Source: Eledone cirrhosa
Lineage: Eukaryota
Direction: 5' to 3'
NCBI GenBank assembly: GCA_964016885.1
Contig: OZ024740.1
Location: 5,828,001-5,892,000, forward strand
DNA length: 64,000 nucleotides
Below the pieces are notes generated by a model. The model did no database searches. It was not told where the DNA came from and saw only the letters and a program-made list of their open reading frames with translations. Every line of letters starts with the position of its first letter. Position 1 is the stretch's first letter. The position numbers and the translations under genes were made by a program. Below, one piece after another: positions 53,118-64,000 of the stretch.

Positions 53118-53800
53118 CGCATAGAGTTACGGCCCTTGCCATTCTGAGTTCAAATCCCGCCGAGGTTACCTTTGCCTTTCTTCCTTACGGGGTCGATAAA
53201 ATAAAGTACCAGTAATACACTGGGATTATTGCTGGTCTTATGTCAAAAGTAGAAACAATTATTATTATTATTATTATTATTATTATCTCTCTCTCTCTCT
53301 CTGTATATATATACATCATTATTGGATTGGCAGTATCGGTAGAGGGTCGGACGCCATGCTTTCCAGCATAGTTACGTCCCTTTACGATCTGAGTTCAAAT
53401 CCCGCCGAGGTTGACTTTGCCTTTCATCCTTACGGGGTCGATAAAATAAAGTACCAGTAATGCACTGGGTAATTACTGGCCTTGTGCCTAAAGTAGAAAC
53501 AATTATTACTTTTACTATTGTTAATACCTTCACATATTTTGTTTAATTATTTTACTTTTATTAACATTCCATACATGGCAGCTGGACATCATTTGGCTAT
53601 TCTAAGAAATATTAGTCTCCTCTTTTCTCTAGTTTTTATATCATTAAATATAGGCAGCGAACTGGCAGAGTTGTTAGAATGTTAGATAGAATGTTTATGG
53701 TATTCCGGCTCTCTCAGTTCAAATCATGCCATCGTCAACTTTGCCTTTCATCATTTTGAGGTTGATAAAAGAAAGTACCAATCATGTACTGGGGTCTTCC
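53118..53800 (+). mobile_element. Cluster of three short tRNA-derived SINE copies (~53118-53285, 53325-53507, 53651-53797)
   Basis: GAGTTCAAATCCCGCCGAGGTTGACTTTGCCTTTCATCC..GGGGTCGATAAAATAAAGTACCAG; same family as 14612-14782. Confidence 0.85.
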
Positions 53801-53971
53801 TCTATATCTCTTTCTCATTTCCTCACTCTCACTTTCTATCTTTCTCTGGAAGAAATCTGCCTGAAGAGGGATGGGCTTCACCAGGCTTAAAATGTCCAAG
53901 AAACGCCGTATTTCAGTACAGCACTCCTACAACTCCATCAGCAGTTACAGGACCATACCATATATATATAT

Positions 53972-54688
53972 ATTGAGCCACACCGTGAAAGGTAGCCAAA
54001 CCCATATATGTATCTGTGACTATGTCTAATTACATACATATATCCCTTTAAATTTAATATATACTCCCGTAAGGTTAAGTAAAACTTTAGGCAGTATTCG
54101 GCTGTGATAGTTCTTAGCCATTTTGAATTCATTTCTGGCGGGGATCATGGTGGAAAAAACTTAGTCCAGTCTGAGGTATCTCCTGAGGAATTACAAGCCT
54201 CGTGGATATATTCAAGATTGAGTATATCCAAAAAGTGGAACGAAACCACCGTTGGTCGAGACTAGAAGAATTTTGGTAAAGTTTATGTGCATTTTTTCTT
54301 CAAACTTCTATTTTGTACCTAACTCCGTGTAGTTAACTATTTGACTAGTCAATTTCGACAGGCTAAAAGAAATAATGAGATAAATGTCATATGGCTGTAC
54401 ATCGCGGAAGATAATCTGTATCATTTGTCTATTATTTCTTCATAATTACATTTTAAACTTATAGCCTCGTTTAAATGATTTTTTATGTGGTTGATTTATT
54501 CGGACTAGGGAGAGGAAATACTGTATATATTTTATCTAATAGTTCTTCAGACTGGCAATTTTATATATAGCTCTGATTAATGATTATTTGCTTAATTAAT
54601 TCTTCATTGAGCCACACCGTGAAAGGTTGCCAAACTCATATATGTATCTGTGACTATGTCTAATTATATATATACCCCTCTGAATTTA
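53972..54688 (+). mobile_element. Retrozyme/Penelope-like non-autonomous unit (634-bp period, ~85-bp terminal direct repeat)
   Basis: 53972-54056 is repeated at 54606-54688; internal hammerhead-like motif. Confidence 0.6.
54179..54261 (+). ncRNA. Type I hammerhead ribozyme-like motif with long stem II
   Basis: Stem I TCTC/GAGA; CTGAGGA (54183-89); stem II with inner hairpin TGGATATATTCAA/TTGAGTATATCCA; GAAA; stem III ACCA/TGGT; GTC triplet. Confidence 0.65.
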
Positions 54689-54698
54689 TATATATATA

Positions 54699-56540
54699 TC
54701 ATCATCATCATCATCATCATCATCACCGTTTTACGTCCGTTCTTCCACGCTAGCATGGGTTAGACGGGTTGTCCTGTTGTGGGCAGTGTCTGGTCGGCTG
54801 ACCATGCCTTGCTCATACAGGAACTGATCTGGCTTGATTTCTACAGCTGGATGCCCTTCCTAACACCAACCTCATTTACAGTGAGTGCTGGGTGCTTTTT
54901 CGTGGCGCCTACACGTCCACTTTACAGTGTGGGCTGGGTGATTTTTTTGCCGTGGCACCTCCACGACCACCTTGCGGTGGGGGTGTGGGGGCATATTGTC
55001 TATATGCTTCAGCTTGTACCCATGGGAGGTGGGGTACTCTGTATTACTGCGTGACGCCAGAAGTCACAGTCGTTTGTCATTGTCTTTGAGAGGTGTAATT
55101 GGGTAAGGTCGGCTTTTATCACCTCATCCCAGGTCATCTTGGGTCTCCCCACTCCGCGGTTTCCATCAACTTCTAGTGCTCTGCACCTTTTTATGCAGCT
55201 GTCATCCTTCATACGCATCACATGTCCATACCAGCGCAACCGCCTCTCCTGCACACAGCATTTGATTCCTCTTATGCTCAGTCTCTCTCTCAATTCATTT
55301 ATGTTTTGTCGTTCACGTATATTACTGTTACACATCCATCGGAGCATGCAGGCTTCGTTTCTCTCTAATCTACGTGAGTCTTCCACCTTCAGCGCCCAGG
55401 TCTCACTACCATGCACCATTGTTGTTCGGATACACGCATCATACAGTCTGCCTTTCATTCTGAGGGAGAAGCCTTTTGCAGCTAGCAGTGGTAGTAGTTC
55501 CCTAAACTTCTTCCATCCCGTTCTTACCCTAGTTATTGTACTTTCTGAACACCCACCTCCGTTGCTAATTCGGTCACCTAGGTAGCCAAAGCTGTCTACT
55601 GTTTCTACAGGGCCCTCCCAGAGATTGGTGGTACTTGTTTCCTGTGGCTGTTTGCTGCTTGCCGTCTCAGCACAGCTGCTGCATGTGAAGCCTACATTCT
55701 TAATTAAGCTTCCTGAGATCCCGCTACATCTCTTGTGTACCCATTGTTTGCATTTGGGGCAGAGAATGGAGTTCCTACCTACACCTTTCCTACATACTGA
55801 GCAAGGCCATTTCCCTGAGGGGATCTGGGTTCTGTTTTCTCGTCTACTTGCAAGGACCTTAGTTGTTGTCATGTTGACTTTGAGACCCTTTCTTTCTAGT
55901 CCCTGCTTCCAAGTTTGGAATTTCTTCTCTAGTTCTACCATAGATTCAGCTATGAGTGCGAGGTCATCAGCATACAGGAGTTCCCATGGGCATCCGGTCT
56001 TAAACTCCTCCGTTATTGCCTGCAGGACTATGATGAACAGGAGAGGGCTAAGAACAGAGCCCTGGTGGACCCCAACCTGTACGCTAAATTCCTCGCTATA
56101 CTCATTGCTAATCCTAACTTTGCTGACTGCTCCCCTATACATGGCTTGTACCGCTTTCACAAGCCATTCATCTACTCCTAGTTTTCTAAGAGCCCACCAG
56201 ATTACAACACGTGGAACTCTGTCAAAGGCTTTCTCAAGGTCGACAAATGCCAAGTAGAGTGGCTTACTTTTAGCTAGGTACTTTTCCTGTAATTGCCTCA
56301 CAAGGAAGAGGGCATCAGTGGTGCCTCTTCCTGGTACAAACCCAAATTGCATCTCGTCTATTTTCACCCGGTCCCTAATCAGCTGTGCTATAACTCTTTC
56401 TGTTACCTTCATGACCTGGTCCATCAACTTTATACCTCTATAGTTTCCTCTATCTAGTGCATCGCCTTTACCTTTGTAGCAGTTGACAATGATGCTACTG
56501 CACCAATCTTTTGGTATGGTACCTTCTAGTATTACCTGGA
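54699..56540 (-). mobile_element. Young RTE LINE, 5'-truncated, uninterrupted RT ORF
   Basis: ORF 55009-56565: NYRGIKL, QFGF, DLEKAFDRV, GVHQGSVLSPLLF, YADD, PHD-like finger, GRPKMTW; (GAT)n tail. Confidence 0.95.
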
Positions 56541-56559
56541 TATAATGTATATATATATA

Positions 56560-56698
56560 AAACATGTTTAATATAAAAAAGGCCTCTACACAACTAGAAC
56601 TGTTTCATTCAAAAGAAATCATCATTCCAGACCGTTTCTTTGAATGAAACAGTTCTAGATGTGTAGAAGCCATTTTTTTTTTATTAATTAAACATGTT
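56560..56698. repeat. Fold-back inverted repeat (pLTR-like, hammerhead 3' half)
   Basis: Arms ~56560-56618 and ~56635-56698 with GAAACA..TGTA; downstream TATTGAGTACTTT is shared with the 11754 family. Confidence 0.6.
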
Positions 56699-56835
56699 GT
56701 TTACTCTCTACTAATGTATTGAGTACTTTACTAACTGTGGTTAACTCCAATGAACCCAGGGCTCTAATATAATAAAACGTAGTGTTTTAAACATGTGTGT
56801 CTTTTCTTCAGTTCCGGATTTGTATTTATCCATTG

Positions 56836-57310
56836 TGAGTCAATAGATCAATTTGTATTTAGCTGTTGTGAGTCTATAGATCAATTTGTATTTAGCTGTT
56901 GTGAGTCTATAGATCAATTTGTATTTAGCTGTTGTGAGTCTATAGATCAATTTGTATTTAGCTGTTGTGAGTCTATAGATCAATTTGTATTTAGCTGTTG
57001 TGAGTCTATAGATCAATTTGTATTTAGCTGTTGTGAGTCTATAGATCAATTTGTATTTAGCTGTTGTGAGTCTATAGATCAATTTGTATTTAGCTGTTGT
57101 GAGTCTATAGATCAATTTGTATTTAATTGTTGTGAGTCTATAGATCAATTTGTAATTAGCTGTTGTGAGTCTATAGATCAATTTGTATTTAATTGTTGTG
57201 AGTCTATAGATCAATTTGTAATTAGCTGTTGTGAGTCTATAGATCAATTTGTAATTAGCTGTTGTGAGTCTATAGATCAATTTGTATTTAGTTGTTGCGA
57301 GTCTATAGAT
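56836..57310. repeat. 33-bp minisatellite (~14 copies; two more at 58557-58626)
   Basis: GAGTCTATAGATCAATTTGTATTTAGCTGTTGT; interrupted by an RTE insertion. Confidence 0.95.
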
Positions 57311-58556
57311 CATCATCATCATCATCATCATCATCGTTTAACGTCCATGTTCCACGCTTGCATGGGTTTGGACGGGAGTTTTCCTACTTGAGGCAAGAGT
57401 GGTTGTCTTGCTCGCATAGGACTGTCTGGCGGGTTTTCTACAGCTGGATGCCATTCCTAACACAAACCACATTTACAGTGTGGGGCTGGGAGGGTTTTAC
57501 CGTGTTGCCTACACGACCACATTACAGCGTGGACTGTGTGTTATTTTGTCATGACACCTACACGATCTCATTTGTTTCGGCCTGGATATTGTGGCACCAA
57601 CATAACTTTACATTGAAAGGGGCGGTGTGGATGGGGTGGGGGTGGTGGGGCGGGGTGTATTTTGTTAGAGATGCTTACTGACTGTAGTAGGTTTTACTTT
57701 GTATTTAGGTAAGGCAGGTCTTCTCTATTACTGAGTACCGCCAAAGGTCTCGGTCCAGTGACATTGTCTTGGAGAGGTGTAAGTGTGTGAGGTCGGAATT
57801 TATCAGCTCGTCCCAGGTTTTTCTGGGTCTGCCTACTCCGTGGCTACCATCTATCTTTATTGCCCTGCACTTTGTTATACAGCTGTCGTCGTTCATGCGC
57901 ATCACGTGACCATACCAACGTAGCCTTCTCTCGAGTAAACAACATCTGATCCCTCTTATTTCTAATTTTTTCCTTAGTTCGTTTATGCTTTGCCGTTCAC
58001 GTATATTACTATTATACATCCAGCGGAGCATGCAAGTTTTGTTCCTCTCTAGTCTGCGTATATCCTCTGCACACAATGCCCAGGTCTCACTGCCATGCAA
58101 CATTGCTGTTCGTATGCAGGCATCATACAACCTGCCTTTCATTTTTAGGGAGAACCCTTTAGCGGCTAATAGTGGTATAAGCTCTCTGAACTTTTTCCAT
58201 CCAGTTCTGACTCTAGCTACTGTACTTTCAGAGCACCCTCCCCCACTGCTGATTTTGTCACCCAGGTAACGGAAGCTGTCCACTATTTCTATAGAACCCT
58301 CTGCGCAATTGAAGGAGCTAGTAATTTTTGGGCACTTGCTGCTACTTATTGCACCAGAGCACCGGCCACATGTAAGATCTATGTTCTTAGTTAGCTTACC
58401 TGTGATCCCACTACATCTTTTATGCACCCATACTTTGCATTTGGGACATAAAATGGAGTTTCTACCTATGCCTTTCCTACACACTGAGCATGGCCATTTC
58501 CCGGAAGGGACCGGCGCCTTATTTTCTTTCCTACAAACTAGAACTTTAGTCTTAGC
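57311..58556 (-). mobile_element. RTE LINE 3' fragment inserted into the 33-bp minisatellite
   Basis: ORF 57705-58484; 3'UTR; (CAT)n at 57311. Confidence 0.92.
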
Positions 58557-58857
58557 CCAATTTGTATTTAGCTGTTGTGAGTCTATAGATCAATTTGTAT
58601 TTAGTTGTTGTGAGTCTATAGATCAACTAACCTTTCATTGAAGATCCATTGATTGACTAGTGAGCTCAGCCATTTAATTCCTGAAACATATTTTTAAGCA
58701 AGAACATGTATGTAAAGATACAGAAATGTAGGTATTTACATTTTAAATATGCTACCTTTTACCTTTTGGAATTAGATATGTTCTTACATAATTTCTCCTG
58801 TTAATTCTAGATATATTTAAGTATATGTCAATCGCTTTTTAATTTTATATATATATA

Positions 58858-59322
58858 TATGCGTATGCAGGATGACAGCTGCATAAAAAGGTGCAGAGCA
58901 CTAGAAGTCGATGGAAACCGCGGAGTGGGGAGACCCAAGAAGACCTGGGATGAGGTGATAAAAGCCGACCTTACCCAAAAGCACCTCTCAAGGGCGATAA
59001 CACACAACCGTGACCTCTGGCACCACACAGTAATACAGAAGACCCGACTTCCCATGGGTACCAGCCGAAGCTGAAGCATATAGACAATATATCCCCACCC
59101 CCTCCCACTGCAAAGTGGTCGTGGAGGTGCCATGGCAATAAAGCACCCAGCACTCACTGTAAATGAGGTTGGTGTTAGGAAGGGCATCCAGCTGTAGAAA
59201 TTGAGCCAGAATCAGTTCCTGTATGAGCAAGACAAGGTCAGCCGACCAGACACTGCCCACAACAGGACAACCCGTCTAACCCATGCTAGCATGGAAGAAC
59301 GTATATAAAACGGTGATGATGA
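58858..59322 (+). mobile_element. RTE 3' end fragment
   Basis: MRMQDDSCIKRC..GRPKKTW, 3'UTR, GAT tail. Confidence 0.88.
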
Positions 59323-59466
59323 TATATATATACGTATATATATTTGTAGTAATGTTACTAGGATGTGTCTAGGTGGTATGCCGGTTGAGCACTCTATGCT
59401 CCTTCAGAGCAGAGTATAATAATATGGAAAACAAAGAATCAGTGATGCAGCGAAACACAATTTATT

Positions 59467-59555
59467 ACGTATTACAATTGTTTCTCTGGCGAACATCTCG
59501 AGGTGCGATCTGTGGATCAAACCTGACTCTGGATTCGCAAGTTCCTCAGATATGT
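59467..59555 (-). ncRNA. Decayed hammerhead-like motif inside an inverted repeat (59424-59650)
   Basis: Minus strand: ACATAT-CTGAGGA-A-CTTGCGAA...TTCGCCAG-A-GAAAC-AATT-GTA-ATACGT; one mismatch each in stems I and II. Confidence 0.55.
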
Positions 59556-59649
59556 CTAGTGACTTCAAAGCAAATCTTCTGTCTGCAGAAGAAACAATTG
59601 TAATACGTTAATAAATTGTGTTTCAATGATCACTGATTCTGTTTTCCAT

Positions 59650-59701
<52 letters not shown>

Positions 59702-59932
59702 AATATGAGGTCTCAAAACATATCAAATATGTTTGATTTTTGTGATTCTCAAAAAAGCTCAATAGACTTTGTCCAGAGCCATAATAATTCAAAATTAAGA
59801 GATATATGTATATATATATAGAGAAAGAACTATATATCCATGAAAAAAACATGGACATATATATGGTCCTCTCTCTATATATATCTCTTAATTTTGAATT
59901 ATATATATATTACTGTGCTATTTATTCTGCAG

Positions 59933-60082
59933 TTATAATGTATGTATAATGGCATACGGTCAAACAGGAAGTGGTAAAACCCATACAATGCTTGGCAGTC
60001 ACAAGAATGAGAATTACAACCTGAGCCATGAGGCACATCCAGATGAGGGTGTCATACCAAGAGCTATGAGGGAACTATTCAG
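59933..60082 (+). CDS. KIF25: Kinesin-14 / KIF25-like motor domain, P-loop exon (150 bp)
   Basis: ttctgcAG acceptor and AG|GT donor; YNVCIMAYGQTGSGKTHTMLG...EGVIPRAMRELF(R), containing the kinesin Walker A GQTGSGKT. Confidence 0.9.
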
Positions 60083-60334
60083 GTTGTATAACTTATATTA
60101 CTTTACAGTTATCAACACCAGTTACATCACTATCATCATCATTGTCAATTCTGCTGTCATTGGTATATCATCATCATGGTCATCATCATCATATAATCAC
60201 TGTTTACTATTATATACTCTTCACATCTTCATTGTCACCATTGTTGTCGTTATTATCATATCACCATCATCATTGCATCTGTCATTTCCATCTGAATTAT
60301 CATCCTTGTCATCATCAAAATTTTAACTACATCC

Positions 60335-60795
60335 ACCATGACACAAAGTGCTCAGCCTCGTACTGTAAAGTGGTCGTGTAGGTGTCATGTCAAAAAGCAC
60401 CCAGTCCACACTGTAAAGTGACTGTGTATATGTCATGACAAAAAGAACCCAGCACACACTGTTGATATTGTTGGCATTAGGAGGGAGACCCAGTCATAGA
60501 AAGCAAGCCACAAACAGTTCTGTATGAGCAAGATACAGTCATCTTATCTGGCTTATCTCACCACGGAACACCTTGTCTAACCCATAGTAGCAAAAAAAAA
60601 AAAAAAAGAATGTTAAATGGTGATGTTGATGATGATAAATATATATATCATCATCATCATCATCATCATCATTTAATGTCTATCTTCCACACTAGCATGA
60701 GTTAGACAGGTTTGTCTCATTTGAGGAAAGTTTGGTGGGGTGAGCATGTTGCGCTCGTATAAGACTTTTTCTGGCTGGTTTTCTACTGCTGGATA
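60335..60795. mobile_element. Two old RTE 3'UTR fragments, tail-to-tail
   Basis: AAAAAGCACCCAGTCCACACTGTAAAGTG modules and GAT/CAT tails. Confidence 0.7.
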
Positions 60796-61309
60796 TAAAG
60801 AGTAAAGAGCTGACACATTTCAGTGAAGAATGACCATGGGATTTGCAGCTCGACAGTTCCCCTCCGACTGTACCTCTTTCAAAGGATCATACACAAACAT
60901 ATACACAGTGCATTTCCTATCTAAATAAGAAGTTTGCTGGGAATGGTTAGAACATTTTTGATGATATACCAGCTGGATGAGGCTGGCTCCTGACCCGAGG
61001 TTAAACAACACTTGTGCCTAAAGTAGAAACAATTATACTTACACACTACTGTCCCATTCAAAGGATTCTCTTTTTTAACCTTTAACAAGATACCAAGAGA
61101 GTAATCTCCCCTTAAAACATAATGTTATGTCAGTGTACTAAAGGTTAAGATTAATAACTAACAAATAAAACAGTGATTGGCAGTATATGTTCTCTTTGTA
61201 GATAGAATGATAAGCTTATGTGTCGGCTAATGAACACCCAACAACCTGTTAAACATGTAAAGGCAATCTCATTTGTTAATGTTTTCACTGTGAGGACTAG
61301 AGTAGGAGA

Positions 61310-61580
61310 TTGAAGCAGAATAGAGGGAGTGGAGGAGTTGAGTGGAGTGTAGGGGGTGGAGTGTAGGAGTGGAGTGGAGTGTAGGAGTGGAGTGTAGGGG
61401 GTGGAGTGGAGTGTTGGGGTGGAGTGGAGTGTAGGGGTGGAGTAGACTGGATAGGGTGGAGTGGAATGAAAGGAGGGAATTAGAGTGGAGGGAGTAGAAG
61501 CAGTGGAGTGAGGGAGTGGAGTAGGAGGAATGGAGTGGGGGAATGGAGTAGAAGCAGGGGTGGGGTGAGAAGTAGGGAAG
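61310..61580. repeat. (GGAGT)n-like purine-rich tract
   Basis: Seen directly. Confidence 0.85.
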
Positions 61581-61656
61581 AGTTTTCTTTTTTCTTTTAA
61601 TCTGATATAATGAAAATAAAAACAAAACATTGAATGGTTGAGTGGTTGACATGTTG

Positions 61657-61734
61657 GAGCAGCAGCAGCAACAACAACAGCAACAGCAACAACAACAGCA
61701 ACAGCAACAACAGCAGCAACAAGAGCAGCAGCAA

Positions 61735-61789
<55 letters not shown>

Positions 61790-62265
61790 AGCAACAGCAA
61801 CAAAAGCAGCAACAATAACAACAACAGCATCAATAAAAACAACAACAGCAACAACAACAACAACAACAGCAACAGCAACAACAACAACAACAACAGCAAC
61901 AATACCAGCAACAATAACAACAACAGCATCAATAACAACAACAACAACAACAACAGCAACAACAACAACAACAGCAACAATAACAGCAACAATAACAACA
62001 ACAACAGCAACAACAACAATAACAACAGCAACAATAACAACAACAACAGCAACAACAACAATAACAACAGCAACAATAACAACAGCAACAACAACAATAA
62101 CAACAACAAACAGCTAACACAGTCACTTTTTGTGTTTATGGAATGTGGAGCCAGATCTGACGTGACTAAATGAATGTTGAACAACAACAGCCACAACATC
62201 ACCAACAATAGCAACTACAACTACAACAACATCAACAGCAACAACAACAATTACAATAACAATGA
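61657..62265. repeat. (CAA/CAG)n trinucleotide tract
   Basis: Seen directly. Confidence 0.92.
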
Positions 62266-62617
62266 CAAATGAAATAGCAAAATGTTATTAAATTAGATTA
62301 AAAAATTAGAAAAATATTTTATTTAAAACTAGATATAAAAATGTTAAAACTCATCGCTAGAACAGTCGTTAAAATAGCTAAATACTGTCAAAGACAGTGA
62401 TGGGCAAACATTACTGAGAGGACAGAGACCATCTGCCTGTCACCCACCCTGTAGATCTGTTGACCACTGGCTGCTGGTCTCTGTCCTCTCAGACATTTAA
62501 CTGTTTTATTGGTTGTTCTAGTGATGAGTTTTTCCCATTTTTATGTATTCAAAGACACCCTCACTTTGTCTCAGAGAGAACATTGATTTATTTTGTTTAA
62601 ACATTTTACCAACCATC

Positions 62618-64000
62618 AGATATCTCACAGATGTAATGTAGTTGTATATACACAGATGTCTCACAGATGTAATGTAGTTGTATATACACAGATTCCTCAC
62701 AGATGTAATGTAGTTGTATATACACAGATTTCTCACAGATGTGATGTAGCTGTATATTCACAGATATCTCACAGATGTGATGTAGCTGTATACTCACAGA
62801 TATCTCACAGATGTGATGTAGCTGTATATTCACAGATATCTCACAGATGTGATGTAGCTGTATACTCACAGATATCTCACAGATGTGATGTAGCTGTATA
62901 CTCACAGATATCTCACAGATGTGATGTAGCTGTATATTCACAGATATCTCACAGATGTGATGTAGTTGTATATACAGAGATGTCTCACAGATGTGATGTA
63001 GCTGTATACTCACAGATATCTCACAGATGTGATGTAGCTGTATATTCACAGATATCTCACAGATGTGATGTAGCTGTATACTCACAGATATCTCACAGAT
63101 GTGATGTAGCTGTATACTCACAGATATCTCACAGATGTGATGTAGCTGTATATTCACAGATATCTCACAGATGTGATGTAGTTGTATATACAGAGATGTC
63201 TCACAGATGTGATGTAGCTGTATACTCACAGATATCTCACAGATGTGATGTAGTTGTATATACACAGATTTCTCACAGATGTGATGTAGCTGTATATTCA
63301 CAGATATCTCACAGATGTGATGTAGTTGTATATACAGAGATGTCTCACAGATGTGATGTAGCTGTATATTCACAGATATCTCACAGATGTGATGTAGTTG
63401 TATATACAGAGATGTCTCACAGATGTGATGTAGCTGTATACTCACAGATATCTCACAGATGTGATGTAGTTGTATATACACAGATTTCTCACAGATGTGA
63501 TGTAGCTGTATATTCACAGATATCTCACAGATGTGATGTAGTTGTATATACAGAGATGTCTCACAGATGTGATGTAGCTGTATATTCACAGATATCTCAC
63601 AGATGTGATGTAGTTGTATATACAGAGATGTCTCACAGATGTGATGTAGCTGTATATTCACAGATATCTCACAGATGTGATGTAGTTGTATATACAGAGA
63701 TGTCTCACAGATGTGATGTAGCTGTATACTCACAGATGTCTCACAGATGTGATGTAGTTGTATATACAGAGATGTCTCACAGATGTGATGTAGCTGTATA
63801 CTCACAGATGTCTCACAGATGTGATGTAGTTGTATATACACAGATTTCTAACAGATGTGATGTAGCTGTATATTCACAGATATCTCACAGATGTAACGTA
63901 GTTGTATATTCACAGATATCTCACAGATGTAACATAGCTGTATATACAGAGATGTCTCACATGTGTGATGTAGCTGTATACTCACAGATATCTCATAGAT
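62618..64000. repeat. 36-bp minisatellite (~38 copies, runs off the window)
   Basis: AGATATCTCACAGATGTGATGTAGCTGTATATTCAC and variants. Confidence 0.95.

Noticed and set aside
53855-53920. CTGAAGA...GAAACGCCGTA hammerhead-like motif (a similar weak case at ~43928-43990)
   Set aside because: Stem I cannot be formed convincingly; possibly decayed relics but not supportable.
62606-63841. 411-aa His/Cys-rich repeat ORF (and the ESIDQFVFSCC ORF at 56795)
   Set aside because: 36-bp and 33-bp minisatellites whose unit length is divisible by 3; superficially metal-binding but no support for coding.

Overview
Eukaryotic (animal) genomic DNA: AT-rich, microsatellite-dense and almost entirely transposable elements. 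The mix of tRNA-derived SINEs with RTE tails and (TA)n tracts resembles cephalopod (octopus-like) genomes; this is inference. The only host gene I can support is a kinesin-14/KIF25-like gene on the + strand, seen as two small exons (23597-23671 and 59933-60082) joined in phase across a ~36.3-kb intron. The rest comprises many RTE-clade LINE fragments (several with a PHD-like finger inside the RT region), two CR1/L2-like LINE copies, a decayed full-length Tx1/L1 element in a (GATA)n tract, Penelope-like elements (one forming a 4.5-kb inverted duplication), SINEs, and micro/minisatellites. Three structures stand out. (1) A series of hammerhead-ribozyme-like motifs, several of which appear as fold-back palindromes centred on the would-be stem II with the CUGANGA core missing. 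(2) A ~230-bp TTAA/piggyBac-type MITE inflated to ~9.8 kb by an 82-bp satellite plus a tandem array of non-autonomous Helitrons, with an unexpanded relative of the MITE elsewhere in the window. (3) A 1.85-kb LTR-type insertion with one normal LTR, a 33-bp hairpin in place of the other LTR, and a ~32-nt tRNA-Trp-like segment. Most ORFs in the supplied track are microsatellite or antisense artefacts.
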